A stretch of DNA of 64,000 nt from assembly GCF_009914755.1 (NCBI RefSeq), contig NC_060946.1, one strand, 5' to 3'. Below the pieces are notes generated by a model. That model was not told the DNA's origin and did no database searches. It was given only the letters and a program-made list of their open reading frames with translations. Positions 1-28,180 of this stretch are shown here, piece by piece. Position 1 is the first letter of the stretch. Every line of letters begins with the position of its first letter. The translations under genes and the position numbers were made by a program. Source of the DNA: the human T2T-CHM13v2.0 reference genome, Homo sapiens.

Positions 1-358
1 ATTACAAGGATCTAAAAAAAGGATTCCAAGGACAGAAGGAAACAGAAAAATGTGAAAACAGCTGGTAGACACTACTCTGGTAATGAGAATATGGTGATTC
101 TTCACCCAACTCCCCTTTTCTGTATATTCTGTTTTTAAAGTATCAGGGGAAAAGGGGAGGCATGAACACTGCTAAGAGCCATTAAACATTTATCTTAAAC
201 ACAACACTGTCTAAATCTGACATGACCCAATCAACATCATCACAATGTTCAATCAAGCACAGAGAAGCTTTCAACCTAATACTCAAAGGTAATCAAAGCC
301 CTTGAAATGTAATGAGATGAATCTGCAGAGCTGACATAGTGAAAGTCTAACCAAAGTA

Positions 359-660
<302 letters not shown>

Positions 661-856
661 CTAACCAAAGTAATCTTTATGTCTAATTTTATTAGGTTGG
701 GAAAGGAAGGACCATCCGTTAAATGATGCATACTGACTGAGACACTGCCTCAGGGGGGTGACGTGGTCCCTGGAGAACACATGCTGATTGGGCCTGCTTC
801 CACACATGAAGGAACTGTCCAGAAATCCAGACTGATTGTGAAATCTCATTTTTACT

Positions 857-1135
857 TGTTTTGTTTTTTTTGAGACAGGGTCTCACTGTCACCCAGGCTA
901 GAGTCCATGGCTCACTATAGCTTCAACCTTCTGGGCCCAACCGATCCTCTTGCCTCAGCCTCCTAAGTAGCTGGGATCACAGGCCCATGCCACCACAGCC
1001 AGATAACTTTTTATTTTTTGTAGACAGGGTCTCACTATGTTGCCCAGGCTAGTCTCAAATTCCTGAGTTCAAGTGATCTTCCCACCTTGGGCTCCCAAAG
1101 TGCTAGGATTACAAGCAAGAGCCACAGCACCTGAC
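857..1135 (-). mobile_element. Alu (AluJ-like)
   Basis: Antisense diverged Alu dimer, flanked by CTCATTTTT repeats. Confidence 0.85.
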
Positions 1136-1299
1136 CTCCTCATTTTTAAATAGTAGCAACAAATTTGAGTTTCGAAAAAATTACTGTGAGGACAAACAAA
1201 ACATCTGTAGGCTGGACATGGACTGAGGGCTGCCAAAGGAATACCTTAAATACCCTAGAGAATGTACTGACCTTTGGAGTCAAGGGGCCAGTAAAAAAA

Positions 1300-1835
1300 T
1301 TCCATCTAAGGATGTGAGGGTAAGTACAGTGGGGAGAGACAGGGGGAACTCGGAGCAATTCCCATTCCATCTGAGGTGGCGGCTAGCACCTGCGTGGAAC
1401 TGTGGGGAGAGACAGGAGGAACCCGGAGCAATTCCCATTCCATCTGAGGTGGCGGCTAGCACCTGCATGGAACTGTAGGAAGAGAGAGGATCTCTGACCA
1501 ATGCCCATTCCATCTGAGAAGCCAGCTAGCACCTGCACAGGACTGTGGGGAGAGACAGGAGGAACTCGGAGCAATACCCATTCCATCTGAGGAGACGGCT
1601 AGCACCTGCATGGAACTGTGGGGAGAGAGAGGATCTCTGACCAATGCCCATTCCATCTGAGAAGCCAGCTAGCACCTGCACAGAACTGTGGGGAGAGACA
1701 GGAGGAACTCGGAACAATGCCCATTCTATCTGAGGTGGCGGCTAGCACCTGCATGGAACTGTGAGGAGAGACAGGAGGAACTCGGAGCAATGCCCATGCC
1801 ATCTGAGGAGGTGACTAGCACCCGCGTGGAACTGA
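1300..1835. repeat. Minisatellite of about 7 units of 73/70 bp in SF3A1 intron 2
   Basis: Anchor (A/G)ACTG recurs with its C at 1400, 1473, 1543, 1616, 1686, 1759, 1832 (steps 73,70,73,70,73,73). Confidence 0.95.
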
Positions 1836-2289
1836 ACTGCATGCAGCCCCATGACCTCACTCCCGCCTCACAACAACTCTGAGATGGCATTTTTTCCATT
1901 TTGCAGATGGGTCATTTGAGGCTCTTGGAATGTGGTCTTTGTACAATGAGAATAATAAACTCCCCTTTTTATCTTCCTCAGGCCAGCAGCTCAGGCACAG
2001 ACACACACCATCTGTGATGAAGCAGTTTTCCAGGCATTTCCTCAGGCCAGTTTTAGAAGCAGAGGCTCCTGGTGACTGTGGGGCTAAGTGTGATTCTCAC
2101 TTTGGCCACTGCTATGCTGTGTCAGGGACACCAGTCCTACCTATTGCCTACCCCAGTGCCATGTTGTGGTTTTTTATGAACTAAAAGGCCCAAGCCAACA
2201 ACGTCTCTTTAAAAACCCTTGTGCTGATTCAGTGCTGAAGTCTCTTCATGCTGAAACCCACCTCTGACCCACCCAAGTAGCTCTGTTAC

Positions 2290-5200
2290 CTGGCCACAAA
2301 GCTGGCAGTCTTGTCAACAATATTTCTGACCTCTGGAGGAGGGTAAATAATCCCCACAACTGGCTTAGAAGGTGCAGAATCCTCCTTTGAAGATGCTTCT
2401 TCTTCTGTGGGCTGTGCAAACAGGAAAAGAAATAAGGTTTTAAAGTCCCTGGTTCAGAGCAGGTTCTCCACTGTAAAACTCCTCTAGGATATCATTCAGA
2501 GTAGACTTTCATTCACAGACTTCCCTCAGGTTAGAACCCTCTACTTCAGAAAAGCAGTTCTCTTAAGTTCACTGCACCTGCAGGGGCTGCTCCTGGGGAC
2601 CCAGGGAGAAGAGCAGCTTCCCTGGCTCCTCTCTCACTGGACTATCTCAGTGAGACCAGGAATCTGCATTTTTACTATGGTATGAGACCACCACTTCTCC
2701 TGTTGTCCTTCCCAGTTTCTCCCCAACCTCCCCTTTTCCCTAGTTTATAAGACAGGAGAAAAGGGAGAAAGCAAAAAGTTGGAAAGAAACAGAAGTAAGA
2801 TAAATAGCTAGACGACCTTGGTGCCACCACCTGGCCCTGGTGGTTAAAATAATAATAATATTAACCCCTGACCAAAACTACTGGTGTTATCTGTAAATTC
2901 CAGACATTGTATGAGAAAGCACTGTAAAACTTTTTGTTCTGTTAGCTGATGTATGTAGCCCCCAGTCACGTTCCTCACGCTTACTTGATCTATTATGACT
3001 CTTTCACATAGACCTTTAGAGTTGTAAGCCCTTTAAAGGGCTAGGAATTTCTTTTTCGGGGAGCTCGGCTCTTAAGACACGAGTCTGCCGACGCTCCCGG
3101 ATGAATAAAAAACCTCTTCCTTCTTTAATCCGGTGTCTGAGGAGTTTTGTCTGCGACTCGTCCTGCTACATTACCAAATGCCCAGGTGATTCAGATGCAG
3201 GGACTCCGACTACATTCTGAGAAACCATGTTCCAGAATCCAGGCCATGTCTGTAACCCTGCACCCAGCGATGGGCTTGGCATGGAATTTTTAATGATTGT
3301 TTGCTGAATAAAGAAATGGGAAACTATCTGCTGACAAATTCTTCTGCCCTGAATGCCCTCTCTGCCTCTACTCCACTGTCTTAACCAACATTCAATGCTC
3401 AAGTGTTTTGTGAAATTCCACTGGAAGGCTCAGCACTAACGATCCCATAAGTACCAATATTTTTTCACCAGCAGCTTCTTCCCCTTAGTAAACAAAGGGT
3501 CAAGTCTCTTATCTTAGAGAAACGAAGTTTCTCCTCTGCCTTCATGTTCTTTTCTGCCGCTGCCTTCTCCCACACCTTCCTCTGGCAGCTAAACATCCTG
3601 AGTTCTCTTCAGTCTTGCTGGTCCCACTTCCCTGCCTCCCATCTGGTCCCCATTCATTTTAAGTGCTCTTGACAAAGTCAAAAACAACTGCCCACAGCCA
3701 TTATCTGGGCGTGAATGGTGACCACTCCTTCACAAAACTCTCAACTCCTAGGCCCCATTCTTGCCTGTCTTCCCATCTTGCTCACCATTCCATTCAAGTT
3801 TCCTTCCTGACCCGTTTCACCTCCTGCACTGTGAAGCTGGAGATCCCCACTCCCACCGCCCAATTCTGTTCTTGGTTCTCTTCTCAGTTTTTGGTGTCCT
3901 CCACTTCCCCTTCCGCCTCTAGACTAAACAATCTGGCCCAAACTGATGTCCCAGAACACTCTTGTGTACTAAACAGCTTCAGGTGCAGCTAACTACTGGG
4001 CACTTTCATCTCTAACCTCTTTCCTCAGGAATAGCTACCCAGTCACCCATGCCAGAAAGTTGGGGGCTCCTCTCTCTTCCTCAGCTTCCACACTCGATGA
4101 TAATAACGTTTATCAAGTTGGGCACAATGGCTTGCACCTATAATCCCGGTGACTCAGGAGGCTGAGGTAGGAAGATTGCTTGAGCCCAAGAATTCAAGGC
4201 TGCAGTAAGCTATGACTGCACCACTGCATTCCAGCCTGGGTGACAGAACGACACCCGGTCTCTTAAAAAAAACTTTTATCAAGCTATGAGTAGATCCCAG
4301 GTATTTTTCCCAAGCACTTTAAATATATTAACTCTTATAACCTTTAGAAGAAGCCTATAAGATTAAGTACTCTTTTTTTTTTTGAGACAGTCTCTTGCTG
4401 TCGCCCAGGCTGGAGTGCAGCGGCATGATCTTGGCTCATTGCAACTTCTGCTTCCCAGGTTCAAGCAATTCTCTCCCGAATAGTGGGGATTACAAACATG
4501 CACCACCACACCTGGCTAATTTTTTATTTTTAGTACAGACAGTTTTGCTATGTTGGCCAGGCTGGTCTCAAACTCCTGACCTCAAGTGATCTGTCTGCCT
4601 CGGCCTCCCAAACTGCTGGAATTACAGGCGTGAGCCACTGGACCCGGCCAAGAACTCTTAATATCTCCACATTACAGATGACAAAACTGAGAGATGGAGA
4701 GCTTAATGTCCAACTGGCAGAACCAGGATTCTAACACACCACTCTGGCTGAAGAGCCTGCCTACCCCCTCTGCCCTAATCTCGGCCAGGCCTTCAGCCTC
4801 TTTGGAATAGCGTGACTGGCCTCCCCTCATAGTGATTCTCCACACGTCTGCCTACCTGAATTTCTGAAACACAAATGTCACTATTTGGCTTAAAACACTC
4901 CCTTTTCTTCCCACTGTCTACAAGGAAAAGTTCAAATCCTAAGTAAGAATCGCATCTCCTGCCACTACGCTCCTAAGTCTATGCTTCAACACTTGTTCAT
5001 TTACTCTTGATCAGAGACACCGTTTGATTCACCTCGGTGTCTTTGCGCATATTATCTGGCTATTACCTTATTTTCCCCCAATGCCTGGGAAAATGCCAGG
5101 GACACACGGGCACTTAAATATTTGTGGAAAAGGCATGGCTTCTTCAGTCATGTTCCCCCCCCCCCGCCCCCCTTATTCTGAACCCAAAGCAATGATCAGC

Positions 5201-6132
5201 GTATGTGTTCAATAAATATTTGCTGGATGAATAAAGGATGCTATTTCCCTTCCCTAGTCACCTACCTGGCAAACTCCTATTCCTTCTTCTAAAAGAAATT
5301 TACCTCTCACTCTTGTGGGCTTCCCTACCTTAATATCCCTTCTAGCCCAGCAAACAATGTTCATTAGATTTGTACCTGAAACTTCTATCACAGGGCATAT
5401 CACACCATACTACAATGGTTTGTGCACATTCGAGATTGGAGAGCTTTATTAAGGGCGGGCTGGCACTGTATCATCGATGGCCATTGGGACAACAAACATT
5501 TGGTGAGCATTCTCATATGTCTGTCTTCTCGTTAGCCTGTGAGCTCCCTAGGCAGGGACCATGCCCCATTCATTCCGGTAATGTGGGAGCCTGGCACGGT
5601 GTCTGGCTTGGGGCAGACACCGAAATAGATGCTGAGAATTAACATCCAAAGATGTACCGTGCAGGCTGGGAAATTAGCCATTACTGGGGAAAGGCTGTGG
5701 CCGGCGGCCCCAACTGCCACATAAGATCAGAGGATGGGCTGGATCAGCGCCTCTCGCACTTATAAATCAATCACCTTAGGATTTTGTTCAAATGTAGATT
5801 CCTATTTAAAAGATCTACGGCGGAGACTCCACATTTCTAAGAAGCTCCCGGCTCGTGCCGACGGGGCTGCTCCGCGGACCACTTAGAGAATCCCGTTCAG
5901 GGTGGCTCATTTCGCTACCAGAACACCACCATAGCGCGGGAAGCGCGCAGCCTCTTGGGACTTGCAGTCCCTCCAAGCCCTTCATAGCGGCCGGCCGCTT
6001 ATTCCTGTGCGAGTAAGGAGCGCCCAGGCCAACCCTCCGGCTGCAGTCTGAGGGGCGGGGGAGAGGTACCTGTTTGGGCTCCGTGGGCACGGGCGGCGGC
6101 GGGGGCACCGCCTGCACGGGTCCGGCCGGCAT
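2290..6132 (-). CDS. SF3A1: Splicing factor 3a subunit 1 (U2 snRNP), coding exons 1-2; gene continues beyond the window start
   Basis: Exon 1 CDS 6132-6070 gives [21 protein letters not shown], donor CAG|GTACC. Exon 2 2411-2290 gives [40 protein letters not shown](R), acceptor ttgcacag|, donor AG|GTAAC. This is the SF3A1 N-terminus and start of the first SURP domain. Confidence 0.97.
2553..3230. mobile_element. MER5-type hAT DNA transposon remnant split by the LTR
   Basis: ccaggaatctgcattttta ... caaatgcccaggtgattcagatgc ... ctgagaaacc joins into the typical MER5A core across the LTR. Confidence 0.6.
2676..3170 (+). mobile_element. ERV1-class solo LTR (LTR15-like by recollection)
   Basis: 495 bp, ends GTCCTGCTACA, AATAAA near 3104, 4-bp TSD TTAC at 2672-2675 and 3171-3174. 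Confidence 0.8.
4117..4649. mobile_element. Alu monomer (+, about 4117-4272) and AluS (-, about 4372-4649)
   Basis: Alu consensus blocks with A/T tails. Confidence 0.85.
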
Positions 6133-6560
6133 GACTGCGACGCTCAGGGCTGCCAGTCCGCCTCGGTGTCGGTGAGCGGTGCCGCCTCAAGACAGCCTCC
6201 CCGCTCGGTCAGTACGACGAGCTCGCAAGATGGCGGCGGCCGAGCGAGTTGCGGCCGCGAAGGTACGACTGGCGCACTTCCGGGACCGTCCCCTCGCCGT
6301 GACGCGCTTCCCGCCCCTCCCCGCGGGCACCGCGGCGTCCGACGCCGTTGCCAAGGCAGCGGCCTGAGCGCCCGGCTAGGGCTTTTCGGGGATCCCGGTG
6401 GCCGCAGGCGCACCGGGGGCAGTTCCGGGAGCCGACCAGACACGAAGGCTGAAGCCGCGACGCCGAAGACAGGTGAGATGTTGTACGTCACCCGCCGGAC
6501 CCCCGCCGCACTCACCTCGCGGCTCCTTTACTCCACAGGCCAGTACCTCGCTCCCTTCGA
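5880..6560. promoter_or_regulatory. CpG island, bidirectional promoter shared by SF3A1 (-) and CCDC157 (+)
   Basis: Dense CpG. YY1-type motif CAAGATGGCGGC at 6226-6237 and ETS-type CACTTCCGG near 6276. SF3A1 ATG at 6132 (-) and a + strand donor CAG|GTGAGA after 6472. Confidence 0.85.
6200..6472 (+). other. CCDC157: CCDC157 non-coding first exon (start approximate)
   Basis: Strong donor gaagacag|GTGAGA after 6472 within the CpG island. The TSS cannot be fixed from sequence. Confidence 0.6.
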
Positions 6561-6665
6561 CCCCGCCTTCCAAGAGCCCAGCTCCCTCCCATTGGTCTCT
6601 CATTTAGGAGAGCCCCTGTCCCCTCAGGCTCACCGCCTAAGAGCCCCACTTCCCTACTCCCTTAG

Positions 6666-7309
<644 letters not shown>

Positions 7310-8902
7310 TAGGCTTCACCCCTCACTCTCACAGATGCAGCCCTGCAAGCTATGCGGCTCGCTCCCCAGAGGCCTACCTCGAATCCCGCCGGCTTCTCTC
7401 CCTCTCCTGCGATTCCCCCCTCTCTCCTTCCTCCTCTCCTCAACTCTGGAAAGCGGGGAGCTGGCTCCGAACCTGTTCCTGGACTTCAGTTTCCTCACCT
7501 GTGAAATGAGGGAGTGATAGGAAAGGTTGCTCTCTCAAGTCTTCCCCCTCCCCCCACACACATCGTAGCTGTGTGTCATGGTTGTTATTAATGTAGAATA
7601 ATGATAGCTGGGATGTATTGGTCATTTACTATGAGCCGGATACTGTGCCCAACACTTCATGTGTTACGTCATTTATTCCTTATAGCAACCTATTTACAAA
7701 TGAGGACAGTGAAGTCTGGAGTTGGTAGAGTGGGAATGCAAGTTCAAGCCAGTCTTATTCCTCTACTAGTGCAGTTAGTTATTTTGCCCTCAGTCCCTTC
7801 AGTATCCCCAGGGATCCAGGCAATTAACAATCTCATGTTTGAGACTGACATCTGCCACATAGCTGGTTTTAGAGTTTCCCGTGTTTTCATGGTGGTGGCT
7901 TTGAATCTCACCAGGCACCCTGGCTGGGAAGTAGGCATCATCTTTACCGAGTAGGGTTAGGGTACTAGTTCTGAGAGAGAGAAGGCGCTTGAATGTTGAA
8001 CGGAAATGCAGGAAAGGCTCCTGCTCTTCTCTGGGAGTCAAAAGTCCACCTTGAGCCCCAGGAAATTGAGGAGAGGCAGAGATAGCTGCTGCTCCTCCCT
8101 AAGGGCTCAATTAGTGCTGTCACCTATGTGGTCATGGGTACAGTGCCGGGCTGGCAGCTTCAGACTGAGGGTTCCACTCAAGACCCAGGAATTGCAGAAA
8201 GAGCTCACGTCAAGTGCTTCTTCACTTGACACACACATAAAGTACTTCTTAAACTATGCTTGTATCTGCATGACTTCAATTTTCAGAAGAAACAACATAA
8301 GGTCATCTTGGATTTTCCTGACACTTGGGCATTTGCTGCTGCTTATCTGATCCAGGATCTACTGGGAGTTGATATCCAGGATGGCCCCATGTGGCAGCTA
8401 TAGTTATTTGAAGGTGAACAGATCAGTGTTTCCTGGTGCCTTCACAAGCAAGCTTATGAATTCCAGATGCTTTGCCACCTGAATACACTTTCTCCCAGGT
8501 TGGGGGCTTCTTGATTTCTTTATTTCTTTCATGCCCATTCCAGGAAGGAAACCCAGAATACTTCCGTGTGTTATTTTGCCTTTGTTTCTGCCTCCCTCCT
8601 TGGAGACATAAAATCTCTTGGGCAGCAGTAGTTCATTGGCAGTTGCCAAGACAACAGGAGTGTAGGATGTGGGCATGTGTGTTGTGAGTATCATGGGGCA
8701 GACACGTATCCCTTGGGTGATATCCCATGGGTGAAACTGGCACACACAAGCTTACCCCTTGCGGAGACCCTCAGATATCACTGGTAGTTCCTGGAGGACA
8801 GGGCTCCTTGTGCCCTGCTGTGTTCCTGGTCTTGACGTAGTGCCTGGTATGGAACAGATACTCAGTCCTCATTTGCTGAATGCACACACAGCATCCAACC
8901 CT

Positions 8903-10970
<2,068 letters not shown>

Positions 10971-11297
10971 AGAAGGACAGAGCAGAGATGGTGGACTCAG
11001 AATCTCAACTTCCTGAGTGACCTCGGGCAAGCTCCCTAACTTTTCAGAGCCTCAGTTTCCTCCTCTGTAGAAATGAGGCAGATTCAGGGAAGTGGCACAC
11101 AGTAGGTTCTTCAGTCGAAGCCAGCACTATTGAAGAGTACCCTCTGCTCAGGCTGAAGGCAGGCAGCCCACCTGCCCCTTCTCCCCTCCTTCCTTCAGTC
11201 TGGAACCCCTTCTCCTTCCTGGACAGCCTTCTACCCTGCTCTCAGGAAGCCCTGCCTGACTGTGCTTTCACTCACTGTCACTGTCATCCCCTCCCAG

Positions 11298-11451
11298 GGT
11301 CTGAAGAGCTACTCAGAGCCAACCCTGCACTGGAGACAGGAAGCCGGGCACCTGGATGAGCCTCTGACCCAGAGCCCTGGAGCCCATAGGCTCGTCTGAG
11401 AACTAGACACACTCAGTCACTCCAGCTCCACGGGCAGACACCTGCACAGAG
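11298..11451 (+). other. CCDC157: Probable CCDC157 5'-UTR exon 2
   Basis: Acceptor catcccctcccag| and donor cagag|GTAAGG enclose 154 nt between exon 1 and the ATG-bearing exon. Confidence 0.6.
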
Positions 11452-12929
11452 GTAAGGGGAAAGCCCCATCTTCTGGGAGGGTGAAGAGTCCACCCCTCCC
11501 CTGGGTGCCTCTGAGCTTCCCAGCACCTGTGGGCACAGGCTGGCCCTTAGTCCTCTCAGCCCAGGTGACCAGGTCATACCACATGCTCACAGGGAGACAG
11601 GCTGCCAACCACAAATAACTTCTCAAATAATGATTCCATTCTGGCGGTGGTGTATGCTGGGAAGAAAAAGAACAGGATGCTCTGAGAATGTGTGACAGGG
11701 AACCTCGCCCGGCCTGGGGCCCTGGGGAGCTTTCCTGAAGAGGGGATGTTTGGCGGGGGGCCTGAGGGAGGTGTCTTATCTAGAAGAAGTGTGGGGAAGG
11801 GCGCATTCTGGGTGGGGAGACACTGAAGCTGGGGCAGGCCACACAGGGCAGGAGCCCCAGGAAGCGGTCCAGTCTTAGTGCTGTAGAAAGAGAGGAAAAG
11901 GCTCCAAGCAGGGGTGGGTTGCCTTATTAAACAATCACTCTGGTTGCCATGTACAACCAGGATGGACCAGGTGGTACAGGGCAGAAGGGAAGTGGCTCAC
12001 CCCTCAGGGAGGCTCTGGCAGTGTCTGGGGAGATGATGGGGTAGGAGCAGTGTTGATGGAGAGAAATGCTGGGTTCCCAGTGTGGTCTCGATGTAGGATT
12101 GGCAGCACTGGGTCCTGGGACATGGGGGTAGAGGAAAGAGGGAACTCAGGAAATGCCTAGTCGAGGGCTAAGCCAGGTGCACTCAGTGGGGTGCCGTTTT
12201 CTGAGATGAGGGTGGTTGGTGGGGAGGATAGGTTTGGGAGAACAATTTTTCAGCCAGCCCTGGACTTGCTGGAGGCAGAAGGGGCCATGGCCTAAATGCT
12301 GCCCAAGCAGCCCCTGCTTCAGGGAGGGGCTGGTGCAAGGAGGTACTTCCTGCTACTGAGAAATTCACCAAGGACAAGGGGCCCCTGCTGGCAGGTGGGG
12401 AGGAGCTGGAACTCAGCATCCGCATAGCTGCCTGACTCCCAGCAGAATGCTGGCTCTGAAACCAGCTGCCAGCTCACACCCCAGCCCTGCTGGAGGGTGA
12501 TAAGTCACAGGAGGGACCAGGGCAGTGTCTCGCTTCTCCACCTTCTGAGTCAAGGGTCATAGACTGTTCATCCAGATCGCCACCTTCAGATGTCCACAGG
12601 CGGCAGAAGATGGACCAGAAGCATTCTGTGTGGGCCGCAGGGGAACTGGGGAAGAACGGGAGCCAGGCCCCAGCACAAGACAAGGATGGGCTTTGCCGTG
12701 GTTACTGCTAATAATATTATTAATAATAATAATAGTTAATATTGCTTAAGAACTTTTACTGGTGCCTTGTATTGGACCAAGCACCTTACTCATGACTCCT
12801 TTAATGCCTTCACAACAACCTGGCCTGCTTGGAGACAATGTCCCCATCTTACAGCTGGGCCTCAGTGACTTGCCTGAGGCCAGGAAGGGGCAGGGCTGGG
12901 ATTCTCTGTATAAAAACGTAATGGCAGTC

Positions 12930-14195
<1,266 letters not shown>

Positions 14196-15222
14196 TCACC
14201 GCTGGTGACAATAGGTCTTAATGCAAGTTTTCATGTTTTCCTCTCTTGCACTTTAGAAGTCAAGTGCATTTTAAATTTTCTTTGCGATTCTTTTTCTTTT
14301 CTCCATTCAATCACTGAGTCATTATTTGCCAGTGAGCATCTACAATGGGCCAGGTCCCTGGCTGGCCGCACTGGGGATACCACAGGGACTAAGGTGGCTC
14401 AGAGAGAAGGCCGTTCCAGCAGAGAGCAATCACAGCTGAGATGGTGGAAGCCCAGAGGGATTATCTAAGCCAGCATGGAGGGTACTCAGGGAAGCCTTCT
14501 TGGAGGAGGTAATATCCAGGAACCCTGGAGGATGAGAGGAGTTAGCCAGGTGATGGGAATTGGACAGGGGAGCATGATTCAGACAGAGGGGACAGATGGG
14601 CGAGGATTTAGAAACAAGTGCCTGGTGTGCATGAGCTGCAACTCGTAGCTGATGGTGGTAGGAGGGGAGACTGTGGGGTGGAGGGGAGACTATGGGGTAG
14701 AGGGGAGGGGACTGGAGAGAGGTGGGGTGAGGGATGTGTCTGGAGGTGGCTTTTCTTCCACAGGCCACAGGGAGTACCGAGGCACTGTGGCCAGCATGAC
14801 ATGGTCCAATAGAGTTTCGTCCAAATCTCTGGAGCCGAAGTTGTTCAGATTGGAGAGGGCAGGCCTGTGACCCAGCTAGAACCTGCTGCAGTGGTCTAGG
14901 CAGGATATGACAGTGGCCTGGTGTGGCCCAACTCTCCCCATCACGCTGTAGCTGTAACTCTCAGTTGTGTGTGCCCTGTTCAAGGGTTCGCTTTGGGAGG
15001 AAAGGATGGTAGGCATGTTCTTGTTCATAGCTGTATCCACCCAGCCTTGAGCAGGGGGCCCAACATACACAAGCCCTCAGGAAGGACTTATGGAGTGATG
15101 GACTCTGCAGTATGTGCTTGGGGTAGGGGAACTGAGAGGCTGGTAAGGCCACCCAGAACCGGGTCGGAAAGGCCTTGTCACCTGGGGCTGGGAAACAGAC
15201 TTCTCCCCAGGGTCTGGGGTGA

Positions 15223-26078
<10,856 letters not shown>

Positions 26079-26132
26079 CCTGTGGCCCAGGGCTGAGGCT
26101 GGATGGGAGGTGGCTGGCAGCCCACCCACTGT

Positions 26133-26138
26133 AATAAA
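26133..26138 (+). terminator. Proximal polyadenylation signal of CCDC157
   Basis: AATAAA about 55 nt after the TAG. Confidence 0.7.
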
Positions 26139-27189
26139 GCCCCAGCCATTGGCCCACAGCAATCTTTGCCTCACAGTATGACTGAGCCAAGGAAAGAACC
26201 CTTCCTTCCCTGTCCTGGGCAGGGGCCACTGAGTCCCCAGCCATGTAGTTCAGTCAGTCAGCAGAGTCCTGGCACTATGGGCCCTCAGTAAAAGGGGCCT
26301 TCCTGCTTCCCTCCCGACAGAGGCTGTGGGATAGGAGAGTACACCCAGGGCAGAGGAAGCTCCTAAGACCTGGGCCAGGTGAAGGTCCGTTTTTCTATCC
26401 CCAGAGCAAGGGTCGAGGGGTGAACCTTGGCTCAGTGGCCCGCACTGACTCAGGAAGGGGTCAGGTGGGAGTGGACAGAGGAAGGGCCGGTGAGGATGTC
26501 TGAAGCAGGCAGAGGGCAGCAACGCCTTCAGCCTCCCACCCTGGCTCTGGACCTGCGCTGGGCACATTAAGGACCCAAGAGGTCAGGCCTCCTTTCACTG
26601 AGGAACTCCTTGCCTTTAGGAAATGGTGACCGTCATGAAGGTTTCTCTAAATCCTGGAGATCATAGCCCCAGGAGGCCACTGAAGGCGGGGCAAGGCCTC
26701 CACCAAGCAGAGGACACCCTGCCAGCCCTGGCTTTCCCATCCCTGTCCCTTGGGGGTCTCTTCAGCCCAGGGTGCCATGCGGCCAAGCATCTGGGGCTCT
26801 GGTTTTCCTCATGAAGCCACCAGCCTACCCTGAGCCACCTCACCTGTGAAGGACAATCTCCAAAAACTTGCTGAGGCCTTCTCAGGGCGCACGCTCCCAA
26901 ATGCCTGAAGCATTTTCCCTTGGTGAAGAGGCCGTCAGGTAGAGCACCTCAGTTCACAGAGAAGGGTCAAGAGGGGCCATGTATATAGCTGAGCTACCAC
27001 AGCTTTGGTCAGCCCAACTTCCTGCTTCTGAGGGGCCTGGGAGTTCCTGAGGGAGGCTGGGGTGCCCCGGGCACCCCCCTCACAGGGGAGCACCATCCCT
27101 CAGCACCCTGAGCCAGAAGGCCTGTGCTCAAGTCCAGGGGAAGGACCTCACAGCTGAGTAGCTCTCTCAGGCGCCCACCAACTCCGTGC

Positions 27190-28093
<904 letters not shown>

Positions 28094-28174
28094 AGGCAGT
28101 AGAACCTAAGGTAACTTTTTAAAATCTTAAAACACCTATACACATTTTACATCTTATGTTAAAATATAGCCACG

Positions 28175-28180
28175 TTTATT
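28175..28180 (-). terminator. Probable polyadenylation signal of RNF215
   Basis: TTTATT on + (AATAAA on -), about 750 nt past the RNF215 stop, in AT-rich context. Confidence 0.65.

Noticed and set aside
1300-1835. CRISPR-like regularly spaced repeats and the overlapping ORFs they generate
   Set aside because: Units are homologous along their whole length with no unique spacers, there are no cas genes, and the DNA is human intron. The ORFs are repeat by-products.
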